Part shown: piece after piece, positions 1 to 9,574 of the stretch
Layout: every line of letters starts with the position of its first letter
Numbering within the stretch: position 1 is the first letter of the stretch
Assembly (NCBI GenBank): GCA_033581555.1
Contig: JAVQSZ010000003.1
Span: 10,654 to 74,653, forward strand
Length of the DNA: 64,000 bases
Direction of reading: 5' to 3'
DNA from: Nitrososphaerota archaeon
GTDB taxonomy: Archaea > Thermoproteota > Nitrososphaeria_A > Caldarchaeales > Calditenuaceae
The notes under the pieces: generated by a model
Seen by the model: the letters and a program-made list of their open reading frames with translations, nothing else
Database searches by the model: none
Told to the model about the DNA's origin: nothing
Translations under genes and position numbers: made by a program

Positions 1-359
1 GCATGAGGGCCCTCAAGAACGCCCTCGTCTCAGGAGGCAAGGTGGGGCACTTCGGGAACTTCGCGATCGCGACGTTCCTCCTCTCGATAGGCTGGACCGT
101 TGAGGACGTGATCGGCATCTACGCCCAGAGGGCAGACTTCAACGAGAGGATCGCCCGCTACCAGACCGAGCACATAGCGGGGCTGCGGGGCTCGAGGACG
201 AAGTACTCAGTTCCCTCTTGCCAGACGATGAGGGCCCATGGGCTGTGCGTCGAGCAGGGGAGGCTCTGCCCTTCGGGCATCAAGAACCCGAGGCAGTACG
301 CGAGGCTCCTTGGGGCGGCGAGGAGGTCAGCCGGAGAGGCCGCAGGTAGCGTCACCTGA
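1..359 (+). CDS. priL: DNA primase large subunit, C-terminal part (truncated by window start)
   Basis: H-x-G-N-F...YQTEHIAG...YSVPSCQTM...GLC...C Fe-S domain pattern of PriL. Confidence 0.88.
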   Translation, partial: MRALKNALVSGGKVGHFGNFAIATFLLSIGWTVEDVIGIYAQRADFNERIARYQTEHIAGLRGSRTKYSVPSCQTMRAHGLCVEQGRLCPSGIKNPRQYARLLGAARRSAGEAAGSVT

Positions 360-2823
360 AGTCGTGCACATACCTGTAGAGCTCAAGGACCTTCGGGTCG
401 GCTCTCCCTTCCCTCACCATCTCCTCTAGCTCATCAGGGCTGCTCCCCAGGACCAGGTTGATCGTCGTAAGGGCGGTCTCGTTCTCCATCTCTGCAGCCG
501 CGAAGAGGAGCCTCGCGTTGTGCTGGACGTACCTCGGCGATGTGATCAGGGCCCTCAAGAACTCCATCACGAGGGGCGCCCTCGACCTGTCGAACCTGGG
601 CGCGTTCGCGACCACCTCCCTCTTGGCCTCCTCGAGCACTACGCCGAGCTTCTCTGAGACCTGCTTAGCTGCTTCTTCGGCGCTCAACTCCGCGAACGGC
701 CCGGAAGCGTACGCCCTCCTCAGGACCTCCTTCACCCTCGAGACGAGCTCCGGCTCGGCCCTGCCCTTCAACGACTTTACGACCCTCTCAGCGGCGATCG
801 AGTCGAGGTCGTCGTAGAAGGCCCGAGTCCACTCGTAGTGGAGTTCCCAGACCTTCCTGAAGAGCGTCTCGTCGAACCTCGTCCCCTTGGGGACTTGCTC
901 GACCCTCCTCGCTAGCACGACGCCGTCCTTCGTCCTCTCCGGCCCCAGGAGGTAGCCGTCCCTCGTGACCCGGGCGCCGTTCCTGTAGAGCGACCAGAGC
1001 CAAGCCGTGAAGATCCTGTAGGTCGCGAGGTCGTTCATGAAACGCTGATTCAGCTCGTAGTCGTCGATGGCCGCCGCGAGGTTTCCGTTCAGGATCTGGA
1101 AGGCGTAGTTCGCGGCCATGTAGAAGGCGTGCTGGATGTGCTCCACCGTGATCTCCCCCTGGGGGATCGAGTAGAGGGCCTCCCAGAGCCCCTTCCCTCC
1201 CCACAACCTCTCCGAAAAGAGGTCCTCTGGCCTCGAGAGGTCGGACGCCCTGACGGTCCAGGGCTTGATCTTCCCGTCCTGCGTCAGCAGTCCCAGCTCC
1301 GCGAACCTCCTCCTCTCCTCAGGGGTGAGGCCGCTCCCCGGCGCAGGCAACCTCTGTCCCTCGACCTCGACGTACTCGACCGGCGCGTCGATCAGTCCCT
1401 GCAGCTCCTCGAGCCTCGCCCTCAGCGGGGCGTTCCCTGCGGCCACGTACTGCTCCTCCTTCGTCGCAACCCAGCTCTGCCTGAAGAGGTCGTAGAGCCT
1501 CCCCCTATATCTCCCCTCCAGTACGTCCCTCAAAGTCACGACGGCGCCCTCCGGCAGGTCCTCGGCGACGAAGATCAGACCCGTGAGCCTCTCCCTGAGC
1601 TTGTCGATCCAGATCCCCCTGATCGCCCTCGCGTTATACCTGTGGCGTCCGTAGTAGTCTGTCTGCGGGTAGAGCATGACGGCCGCCATTCCGCCGACCG
1701 GTGCGGCGCGGGCCTCTCCGTCCGTCATGCCAGCCATCAGCATGAGGAGCGCGTTGTACCTCTGATAGACCATCATGTTCGGAGAGGTCATCGTGACGTT
1801 CTGCGGGTCCGGGAAGACCGACTCGTCCTTCCACATCTCGATCAGCGACCCGAGGTAGTCCCAGCGGCCGTTGCTGGACTTGATTAGCCTCTCCCTCCAT
1901 ATCCAGAGAATCACGGGGAGGTAGAGCCCAGCCATCCCCTCCTCGTAGAGCATAGCGACCTTGATCTCTCCGGTCCTGAGCCCCGCGGCCCGCTCAAGCG
2001 ACCTGAGCATCCTCTCGACGACTAGCGCCTCCTCCGGCGTCATCACCTTCGGTACGTAGAAGTAGACTCCAGAGCCAGCCCTCCTCAGCGCGTCGTAATT
2101 GTTCAGAAGGTAGACCGTGGCCGAGACAACGATCGCAGGGGCCGGTCTGCCGTCGACGAGGACGTAGTGGTCGAGGAGGTGGATTCCTGGGAGCCGATGG
2201 AAGACCGCGGGCCACTCTGACCTGGGCTTCCTGATCTCGTAGGACTTCCCTCCCTCGAAGTAGGGCTTAGGGACCGACTCCGAGAGGACCAGCTTCACGT
2301 TCCGCCTGCCCTCCCAGACCGCGGGGCACCTCCTCCCGGACCCCCGGGGCACGAACCAGGCCGGCGACGCGTCCTCCTCGTCCTCGAACGCGGTCACGAC
2401 GTCGGCGTTGATCTGGTGGATCGCCCTGCTGAGCGGATACCAGGGTCCGGTGAGCTCGAGGCCCGCCCTCCTGACGGGGTCGATCTCGTCTGGGACCGGC
2501 ACCCGGTCGTTCAGCCTCCAGGCGAGCTCGGTCCTCCGGCCGTGGAAGTTGTCGATCAGCCCCTGGACGATCTCCCTGAACGTCCAGACGTTGCCGTCGG
2601 CGTCCGCAAAGCGCTCCTCCCACGACGGGAACCTGCCCTTCGACCTGAGGGGCGACCTGTCGTCGAGCCACCTCCTCCTCGCGGCGACCGCTGCGTCCAG
2701 CTCCGGTCTAAGGGAGACGGTCAGCTCGCCGATCGTTCGCTCCACGTTGAGCGTCCTCGCGTTGATTACTTTGTCGCCGAGGAGCTCAGGGTACTCGTCG
2801 CGGCAGAGAATCTCAACACGCAC
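352..2823 (-). CDS. aceB: Malate synthase, long archaeal type
   Basis: GLELTGP, DEEDAS, YFYVPK, MLYEE, NGRWDYLGS, GGMAA and MNDLAT motifs of malate synthases. Confidence 0.85.
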   Translation of the reverse strand: MRVEILCRDEYPELLGDKVINARTLNVERTIGELTVSLRPELDAAVAARRRWLDDRSPLRSKGRFPSWEERFADADGNVWTFREIVQGLIDNFHGRRTELAWRLNDRVPVPDEIDPVRRAGLELTGPWYPLSRAIHQINADVVTAFEDEEDASPAWFVPRGSGRRCPAVWEGRRNVKLVLSESVPKPYFEGGKSYEIRKPRSEWPAVFHRLPGIHLLDHYVLVDGRPAPAIVVSATVYLLNNYDALRRAGSGVYFYVPKVMTPEEALVVERMLRSLERAAGLRTGEIKVAMLYEEGMAGLYLPVILWIWRERLIKSSNGRWDYLGSLIEMWKDESVFPDPQNVTMTSPNMMVYQRYNALLMLMAGMTDGEARAAPVGGMAAVMLYPQTDYYGRHRYNARAIRGIWIDKLRERLTGLIFVAEDLPEGAVVTLRDVLEGRYRGRLYDLFRQSWVATKEEQYVAAGNAPLRARLEELQGLIDAPVEYVEVEGQRLPAPGSGLTPEERRRFAELGLLTQDGKIKPWTVRASDLSRPEDLFSERLWGGKGLWEALYSIPQGEITVEHIQHAFYMAANYAFQILNGNLAAAIDDYELNQRFMNDLATYRIFTAWLWSLYRNGARVTRDGYLLGPERTKDGVVLARRVEQVPKGTRFDETLFRKVWELHYEWTRAFYDDLDSIAAERVVKSLKGRAEPELVSRVKEVLRRAYASGPFAELSAEEAAKQVSEKLGVVLEEAKREVVANAPRFDRSRAPLVMEFLRALITSPRYVQHNARLLFAAAEMENETALTTINLVLGSSPDELEEMVREGRADPKVLELYRYVHDFR

Positions 2824-2854
2824 GGCGTCACGACAGACGGGCGGGATATATCTC

Positions 2855-4402
2855 TCAGCAGGGCTCGATCGTGCTCGGCGGCTTGCTGCTGACTGCGTAG
2901 CAGACCATCGCGACGCCCGGGACCTCGTTGGTGATCCTCCTCGATATCCGGTCGAGCAGGTCGTGGTCGAGCCTCATCCAGTCGGCGGTCATCCCGTCCT
3001 CGCTGGTCACGACCCTCACGATCACGATCCTCCCCTCCTCGCGCTCGTCGCCCTTCACCCCGACCCACCGGTCGTCACCGACGGCTGCAAACGCCTGCCA
3101 GACCTGGTCGTAGAGACCGGCCCTCGTCAGCTCTTCCTCCACGATCGCGGAGGCCCTCCTGCAGACCTCGAGCTTCTCCTCGGTGACCTCGCCCATCACC
3201 CTCACCGCAAGACCGGGGCCCGGGAACGGGTGCCTCCTCACGACCGACTCGGGGACTCCGAGGGCCCTCGCGACCTGTCTCACCTCGTCCTTATAGAGGT
3301 CCTTGAGCGGCTCGATCAGACCGAGCCCCAGCTCCCTAGGGAGGCCTCCGACGTTGTGGTGGGACTTGATCACGCTCGTGGCGGTCCCCGTAGCACCGCT
3401 CTCGACCCTGTCCGGGTAGATCGTGCCCTGCGCGAGATACTCGATCCTCCCGATCCTCGAGGCGACATCCTTGAAGACCTCGACGAAGAGCGCTCCGATC
3501 GCCTTCCTCTTCTCCTCCGGGTCCCTCAACCCCCTTAGCGCGTTCATGAACCTAGACCTCGCGTCGACGAAGTGGACGTTCTTCAACCCCATCGACCTCA
3601 GGACCTCGAGGACCTCCTCGGCCTCGCCCTCCCGCATCAGCCCGTGGTCGACGAAGACGACGTGGAGCCTGTCGCCGACCGCCCTGTGGAGGACAACGGC
3701 AGTCGTAATGGAGTCGACGCCTCCGCTGACGCCCAGCAGGACGCCCGCGCCTTCGGGGACCGACCTCCTCACCTCCTCTATGACCTCCGCGACCCTGTCG
3801 AGCGGGTTCCACCTCTCCCTCAGCCCCGCGCCCCTCCTGAGGAAGTTCTCGAGGACCTTCGTCCCGTGCTCGGTGTGCCTCACCTCCGGGTGGAACTGGA
3901 CCGTGAAGACGGGCAGCTCCTTCGACTCCATCGCCGCGATCAGGCCGTACTCGGACCTCGCCACGACCCTAAAGCCCTCGGGGGGCCGCACGACGACGTC
4001 TCCGTGGCTCATCCAGACGACCTGCTGTCTCGGGAGGTCCGCGAAGAGGACGCTCTCCTCGTCCTCGACGATGACCCTGGTCCTCCCGTACTCCCTCCTC
4101 TCGGACCTCATTACCTCCCCGCCGAGCGCCTTCGCGATCAGCTGGTGGCCGTAGCAGATTCCGAGGACCGGTATGCCCGCGCCGATCACAGACGGGTCGA
4201 GTTGCGGCGCGCTTGGCTCGTAGACCGATCTCGGTCCTCCAGAGAGGATCAAGGCCGAGTACTCCGCCAGCGGGACCTCCCTCAACCTCGAGTGGTCGAC
4301 GATCTCCGAGTAGACTCCGAGCTCCCTGCACCTCCTCGCGATAAGGTGGGTGTACTGGCCTCCGAAGTCCACTACCAGGACCTTTTCCCTGACCGTCGAC
4401 AC
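2855..4402 (-). CDS. guaA: GMP synthase (glutamine-hydrolysing), fused
   Basis: DFGGQY, GICYGHQ, QFHPE, SGGVDS, IKSHHNVGG, HPFPGPG and KPPSTIE motifs. Confidence 0.97.
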   Translation of the reverse strand: MSTVREKVLVVDFGGQYTHLIARRCRELGVYSEIVDHSRLREVPLAEYSALILSGGPRSVYEPSAPQLDPSVIGAGIPVLGICYGHQLIAKALGGEVMRSERREYGRTRVIVEDEESVLFADLPRQQVVWMSHGDVVVRPPEGFRVVARSEYGLIAAMESKELPVFTVQFHPEVRHTEHGTKVLENFLRRGAGLRERWNPLDRVAEVIEEVRRSVPEGAGVLLGVSGGVDSITTAVVLHRAVGDRLHVVFVDHGLMREGEAEEVLEVLRSMGLKNVHFVDARSRFMNALRGLRDPEEKRKAIGALFVEVFKDVASRIGRIEYLAQGTIYPDRVESGATGTATSVIKSHHNVGGLPRELGLGLIEPLKDLYKDEVRQVARALGVPESVVRRHPFPGPGLAVRVMGEVTEEKLEVCRRASAIVEEELTRAGLYDQVWQAFAAVGDDRWVGVKGDEREEGRIVIVRVVTSEDGMTADWMRLDHDLLDRISRRITNEVPGVAMVCYAVSSKPPSTIEPC

Positions 4403-4481
4403 CTCACTGGTCCCTTAGGCCCGGCGCTATTAATCGGAGCCTCCGGGCTTAGAATAAATACGCCCCGTGACTCCGAGATTG

Positions 4482-4573
4482 GGGGCCGTGGTCTAGCGGT
4501 CATGACGCCGCCCTTACGTGACCGACGTCAGGGGACACGGCGGAGGTCGCCGGTTCGAGTCCGGCCGGCCCCA
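4482..4573 (+). tRNA. tRNA-Val with a 19-nt intron in the anticodon loop
   Basis: Acceptor GGGGCCG/CGGCCCC-A, anticodon stem CCGCC/GGCGG around a 26-nt loop, T-arm GCCGG-TTCGAGT-CCGGC; A/T-rich box about 25 nt upstream. Confidence 0.93.
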
Positions 4574-4608
4574 CCTCGCATCCACCGGATCTCCCTCGAA
4601 ATGCCTTA

Positions 4609-5241
4609 ATGACAAGGGCTCGGACTGACGGTGGAGTGCACCCTTCGGCGCTCATCGTCACGGAGTTCAGGCAGATAGGTGGCTCGAGGAGGGGCCTGGT
4701 GAGGCTCCATGACAAGCCGCTGATCCAGTACGTCATCGAGTCGATACCGGACGAGGTCGAGGAGCTCGTGGTCTCGGTCGCGAGCGAGTCGGAGGCCGAG
4801 GACTACAGGGAGCTCGTGGAGCAGTACATGGGCCGGTTCGTGATCTCCTCGAACAACCCTTTGCCCCAGGTCCTCCACGAAGTCCTCTCGGAGGGTGAGA
4901 CCGACAGGCTGCTGGTCCTCCCCTGTGACGCTCCGCTCCTCACGATTGAGTTCACCTCGATGCTCCTGGACCTCACGAAGAGGTTCAACGCGGCCGTGCC
5001 GACCTCCTCCGACGGCGAGAGGAACTTCCTGTTCTCGGCCTACAGGGTCGAGGAGTACGTGAGGGCCTACGGGGCCGCGAGGTACAGGACTTCGATGAAC
5101 GAGGTCGTGGGATCGATGAGGAACGTGATCTACGTCAACTATAGGGCTCTCAGGTCGCTGGACCCCAGGCTCGCGTTCCTACTGAGGGTCAACAGCCCCG
5201 AGGACCTGAGGAGGGCGGAGCTCTTGATGCAGAGGAGGTGA
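4609..5241 (+). CDS. mobA: Molybdenum cofactor guanylyltransferase-like NTP transferase
   Basis: KPLIQYV, VLPCDAPLL, RVNSPEDL; the N-terminal LAGG loop is degenerate. Confidence 0.7.
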   Translation: MTRARTDGGVHPSALIVTEFRQIGGSRRGLVRLHDKPLIQYVIESIPDEVEELVVSVASESEAEDYRELVEQYMGRFVISSNNPLPQVLHEVLSEGETDRLLVLPCDAPLLTIEFTSMLLDLTKRFNAAVPTSSDGERNFLFSAYRVEEYVRAYGAARYRTSMNEVVGSMRNVIYVNYRALRSLDPRLAFLLRVNSPEDLRRAELLMQRR

Positions 5242-5305
5242 AGAGGGGACGAGGGCGCTCGACAGCTCGAAGATCCTAGAGGCGCTCGGCATCGACTACT
5301 ACGTC

Positions 5306-8300
5306 GTGAGGAGAGAGGGCTCGAGGCCGAAGAGGGTCGAGGTCAGGTTCAGGGACCTGTTGCCAGAGCTCGCGGAGAGGGGACTCGAGATCGCGGAGAA
5401 GCAGCTCTACGTCCACCAGATGAGGGCCCTGATCGCCCTCAATTCCGACAAGAACCTCATCTTGAGGTCGGGGACCGGCTCCGGGAAGACCGAGGCCTGG
5501 TTCGTCTACGTCGCGAGGAAGAGGCTCAAGGCGATGGCCGTCTACCCGACCCTGGCCCTCGCGAACGACCAGATCAGGAGGCTCAAGAGCTACTGTGAGG
5601 CGCTGGGGATGAAGGCGACGATAGTCGACTCGCCGACGGTCAAGGAGTACGCGAAGTCGTCGGGGACGAGGGCGCTCAGGTATGAGATCTCAGGGAGCGA
5701 CGTCGTGATCACGAACCCCGCCTTTCTCCTCAACGAGCTGAAGAGGATCGGGACCGACCGGCCGCCCTACACGCGGAGCTTCCTCGAGAACTTGGACCTC
5801 CTGGTGATCGACGACCTCGACTTCTACAACCCGAGGAGCCTCGCGATAATGCTCGCGATGATGGCGATCCTTCGTGAGGAGGTCTCCCCGAAGGTGAGGT
5901 TCGTAGTCCTGACAGCGATGCTGAAGGACCCCACCGGGCTCGCCGAGTACGTGAGGCGGATCACGGGGAAGGAGGTGGAGGTGATCGACGGCCTCCCGTT
6001 CAGCGCGGAGAATTACACCTACGTCGTCTTCGGGAAGGACCTGAGGAGGCTCTGGGAGGGGCTGAGGGGCGCTAGGCCTGTCATCGAGGCTGCGGGCGCG
6101 GGGCGCGACGCCCTTCAGGCCCTCGAGGACTTCCAGAAGTTCAGGGCGTCGCTCTTCAAGGTGATGGAGGTCGCGAGGGCGGCTGGCATCGAGGTCCCGG
6201 AGGACCTGGGGCTCAACCCGGTTGAAGTGTTGGAGAGGTACGTGGAGGACGAGGGGATCACGCTGGTCTTCACCAAGAGCATCGCCAAGGCCGAGGAGGT
6301 CGCGAGGGCCCTGAGGGAGAGGGTCGGGGACGCGGTAGCCTCTCATCACCACCTCCTCGAGAAATCGCTGCGGGCCGAGGTAGAGGAGAGGGCCAGGAGG
6401 GGCGAGGTGAAGATACTGGTCTCGCCGAGGACGCTCTCCCAGGGGATAGACATCGGGCAGATCGTAAGGACGGTGCACATCGGGCTCCCCGACAGCCTGA
6501 GGGAGTTCCTCCAGAAGGAGGGGAGGAAGGGGAGGAGGGAGGAGGTCGAGCGGACCGAGACCCTGATCTTCCCTTCCTCGGGCTGGGACTACAACCTCCT
6601 GAGGAGGGGACCTTCGGCGCTCCTGAAGTGGCTCGAGCTCCCGAGGGAGATTCTGGTCATCAACCCGGAGAACAAGTACGTGGTGCTGGTGAAGGGCCTG
6701 ATTAGGCTCTCGAACCCGAACAGGGCCGTGAACGCGTCTCCGGAGGAGCTGGAGCTGCTGAGCAGGCTCGGGCTGAGGGACGGCCTCCAGCTCAACGACC
6801 GCGGAAAAAGGGCGCTCCTCAACCTGAACTTCTACGAGTTCGCGCCACCCTACGGTATCAAGAGGATAAGGAGGACCAAGGAGTCGGAGAAGTACCTCGA
6901 GGAGATCTCGCATGCGGACCTCGTCGAGAAGTTCCAGATCGGGTGCATCGACTACACCTCCGACGGCGTCGTGACCGCGTTCAGAAAGACGGACTCGAAG
7001 GGCAGGGTGGTGACCGGGGTGATAGTGGAGGACATCGCGGAGCACGTGCTAAGGAGGCACGACCCGCTCGCCTACGTCCTCGAGGAGTACTACGCCTTCG
7101 CGAGGAGGTGGGGCGTCACGCCGGACATCAGGAGGGACTACAGGGCCGGGCTGATCCACAGCGACGTCATATGCGTCGTGAGGCCCCCTGAGGGCTTCGA
7201 GCGCTATGTGAAGATCCCCAACAGGACGATCTGGACCGTGATGAGCAGGGTGCCGAAGGTAGTCGTGGTGGGGGACGGGAAGACGGTCGTCATGAGGGAG
7301 GCGAAGAGAATGGCCGTGCCCGCGATCACGGACGGAATCTACACGGACTTCTCATACGGAACTATGGTCGAGCTTGACCCGAGGACCGAGCCTGACCTCG
7401 CGAGGCTCGGGGCGGCCTTCATCGAGCTGGTGATGCGGAGGGCCCTCTCGATCCCGTTCTGGACTATAGCGTACGACGTCCTCGTGATGGGCGAGAGGAA
7501 GTTCCTCACGGTCCACGAGCCCGATTCGGCGGGGCTGCTGGAGGGGATGGATTGGGTGAAGCTCAGGGAGATTGTCGCGACCTACAACCCCGACGAGCTG
7601 GACGAGGCCCTCCTCGAGAGCGTGAACGAGCTCGGCTACTCGGCCCTGGTCGCGAAGGGGATGGACTGGGAGGTGGCCAGGCACTACGCGCTCTCGATCA
7701 TCGACCGGTTCATCGCCCGAGAGAGGATCAGGGTCGAGTTCAGGGGGAAGGAGCTGATGCTGCCTAAGCCCTCGAGGGCCCTAAAGAGGGCCGCGATGCT
7801 GGTCTACACCCTATCGGTCGGAGAGCGTTCGGTCCTGACGGGGTCCTCCGAACAGCAGGACGAGCTATACGCGGTCGCGGTCTTCGACGGCGAGTCGCTG
7901 AAAGTCCCGGTTGGTGTGTTCACGCCAGAGGGCCCTGACGAGGCCTACCTCGAGTCCTCCGCCTACGTCTCGAAGCTCGTCGACCAGGAGTTCACCATAT
8001 ACACCTACGACGTCGAGTCCCTGGAAGCCGCCCTGACCAGGCTCAAGATGAAGTCCCTAAAGGCGAAGCTCGCGGGCCTTCAGGGCGAGAACCTCCTGAT
8101 CGACCTCTCGCCGCACGCCTCGAGGCTCCTTGGGCCCGACCACACCTTCAGGGACGTCGTCGAGTCCTTCGTGGGGTTGGCCGAAGGTCGGGTCGTCACG
8201 CCGATAGACGTCCTACTCCGGGGGATCAGGGTCCAGACCTCCCGAAGGGGATGGAGGGAGAAGGCGGTTAACGCGGTCGCGCCGGCTTTAGAGAAGCTCG

Positions 8301-8368
8301 CGGAGGTGGAGCTGACCGCGCTCTACCTCCTGAGCCTCATCGTGGACCCAAGGAGGGACGCTGGGTGA
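5306..8368 (+). CDS. SF2 DEAD/DEAH-box helicase, Hrq/MrfA(SftH)-like, with long C-terminal extension; true start probably upstream
   Basis: LYVHQ, SGTGSGKT, YPTLALANDQ, TNP, IDDLD, LTA, LSQGIDIG and QKEGRKGR motifs. Confidence 0.85.
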   Translation: MRREGSRPKRVEVRFRDLLPELAERGLEIAEKQLYVHQMRALIALNSDKNLILRSGTGSGKTEAWFVYVARKRLKAMAVYPTLALANDQIRRLKSYCEALGMKATIVDSPTVKEYAKSSGTRALRYEISGSDVVITNPAFLLNELKRIGTDRPPYTRSFLENLDLLVIDDLDFYNPRSLAIMLAMMAILREEVSPKVRFVVLTAMLKDPTGLAEYVRRITGKEVEVIDGLPFSAENYTYVVFGKDLRRLWEGLRGARPVIEAAGAGRDALQALEDFQKFRASLFKVMEVARAAGIEVPEDLGLNPVEVLERYVEDEGITLVFTKSIAKAEEVARALRERVGDAVASHHHLLEKSLRAEVEERARRGEVKILVSPRTLSQGIDIGQIVRTVHIGLPDSLREFLQKEGRKGRREEVERTETLIFPSSGWDYNLLRRGPSALLKWLELPREILVINPENKYVVLVKGLIRLSNPNRAVNASPEELELLSRLGLRDGLQLNDRGKRALLNLNFYEFAPPYGIKRIRRTKESEKYLEEISHADLVEKFQIGCIDYTSDGVVTAFRKTDSKGRVVTGVIVEDIAEHVLRRHDPLAYVLEEYYAFARRWGVTPDIRRDYRAGLIHSDVICVVRPPEGFERYVKIPNRTIWTVMSRVPKVVVVGDGKTVVMREAKRMAVPAITDGIYTDFSYGTMVELDPRTEPDLARLGAAFIELVMRRALSIPFWTIAYDVLVMGERKFLTVHEPDSAGLLEGMDWVKLREIVATYNPDELDEALLESVNELGYSALVAKGMDWEVARHYALSIIDRFIARERIRVEFRGKELMLPKPSRALKRAAMLVYTLSVGERSVLTGSSEQQDELYAVAVFDGESLKVPVGVFTPEGPDEAYLESSAYVSKLVDQEFTIYTYDVESLEAALTRLKMKSLKAKLAGLQGENLLIDLSPHASRLLGPDHTFRDVVESFVGLAEGRVVTPIDVLLRGIRVQTSRRGWREKAVNAVAPALEKLAEVELTALYLLSLIVDPRRDAG

Positions 8369-8818
8369 TCAGGACCGCTTCCAGAGCTGTAGCCCCCCTA
8401 GTCTCCTCATGACCTCGTCTGTGAACGCGGAGACCTCGGACCACTCGACGCCACGGGACTTCAGCAGCCCGGCGATCTCCCTCTCGACCAGCCTGTAGCT
8501 CTTCAGCCGCTCGTTCAGGGTTCGCCACCTCACGTCCTTCAGGGGCTCTGCGATCCTCTCATCGTAGGGAAGGACGCCCCTAACCATGAGGTACGCGATG
8601 ATCGGGTAACCCACGTAGTTCCTGAAGACGGTACCGTTGTCGTCGGAGCTCGCCTCGCCCGTGTTCAGGTCGACCCTCACCGTGTAGACCCTGTCGCCCT
8701 CAGACGCGGCCACCCTGCACCCGTTCTCGGCGACCTCGGTGACCCTTCCTCCCGCGACCGCGCCCAGCGCCTCGAGGACTTTGACCCTCGGAGGGAGCGA
8801 GAGGACCGTTCTGTCCAT
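8369..8818 (-). CDS. Conserved hypothetical protein
   Basis: 149-aa ORF with host codon usage; PPRVKVLEALGA...SDDNG...YVGYPIIA. Confidence 0.7.
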   Translation of the reverse strand: MDRTVLSLPPRVKVLEALGAVAGGRVTEVAENGCRVAASEGDRVYTVRVDLNTGEASSDDNGTVFRNYVGYPIIAYLMVRGVLPYDERIAEPLKDVRWRTLNERLKSYRLVEREIAGLLKSRGVEWSEVSAFTDEVMRRLGGLQLWKRS

Positions 8819-8841
8819 CCCATCCTTCCCGGTGCCCGTCG

Positions 8842-9573
8842 TTAATCAACGATGAGTAGCTCCGGCCTCGAGTTGACCCTGACCTGGTGGAACATCTGCC
8901 CGATCCCCCTCGAGACGTAGAGCCTCGCGCCCCTCAGCTCGTAGAGCCCCCTGTTGTACCTCGAGTTGGTGAGCAGGGTCAGGCCTCCGACCACGAGGCC
9001 CCCGTGGGTGTGTCCAGCGAGCACAAAGGCCCCGCCCGACACGCTGTCCGCCACGTTCGGGTCGTGGGCTAGAACCAGACCGTCCGTGACCACCCGCGCG
9101 TACCTCCTGTCCTCCCTCCAGTCGTAGCCGAAGACCCTCCCGAACGGGGTCTCCGCGAACCGGTCAACTAGGACCTCGAACCCCCACCTCCTCAGAGCAT
9201 TCGCCGTCTCCGAGGCCCGCCCGCTCCAATACTCGTGGTTCCCCAGGACCGCGAGTTTGACCCGAGCCTCTGTCCTCCGGAGGACCGAGTCGAGGCCCTC
9301 CATGTCCTTCGTCTCCTCATCGACGAGGTCGCCCGCGATCACCACCGCGTCCGGGTCTAGGCGCTCGAGGGCCTTGAGGGCGCCATCGACGTGGGCCTCG
9401 CCGCGGAAGTGGTAGTGGACGTCGGGGAGGAACGCGACCCTTCCCCCCAGTCCCACCTCGAGCTTCGTGACCTCCAGCCCGTAGTCGATCGAGCCGAGTG
9501 CGATCGAGCCGACCGCGGCGAGGGAGCCGAAGAGAGTCGCGGCTAGGGCCTTCCTCCTCGAGACCCCGGGCAA
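8842..9573 (-). CDS. Calcineurin-like metallophosphoesterase (YkuE-like) with N-terminal signal/TM segment
   Basis: DVH, GDLVD, GNHE, AHDP, GHTHGG and SRGIG motifs. Confidence 0.9.
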   Translation of the reverse strand: MPGVSRRKALAATLFGSLAAVGSIALGSIDYGLEVTKLEVGLGGRVAFLPDVHYHFRGEAHVDGALKALERLDPDAVVIAGDLVDEETKDMEGLDSVLRRTEARVKLAVLGNHEYWSGRASETANALRRWGFEVLVDRFAETPFGRVFGYDWREDRRYARVVTDGLVLAHDPNVADSVSGGAFVLAGHTHGGLVVGGLTLLTNSRYNRGLYELRGARLYVSRGIGQMFHQVRVNSRPELLIVD

Positions 9574-9574
9574 C

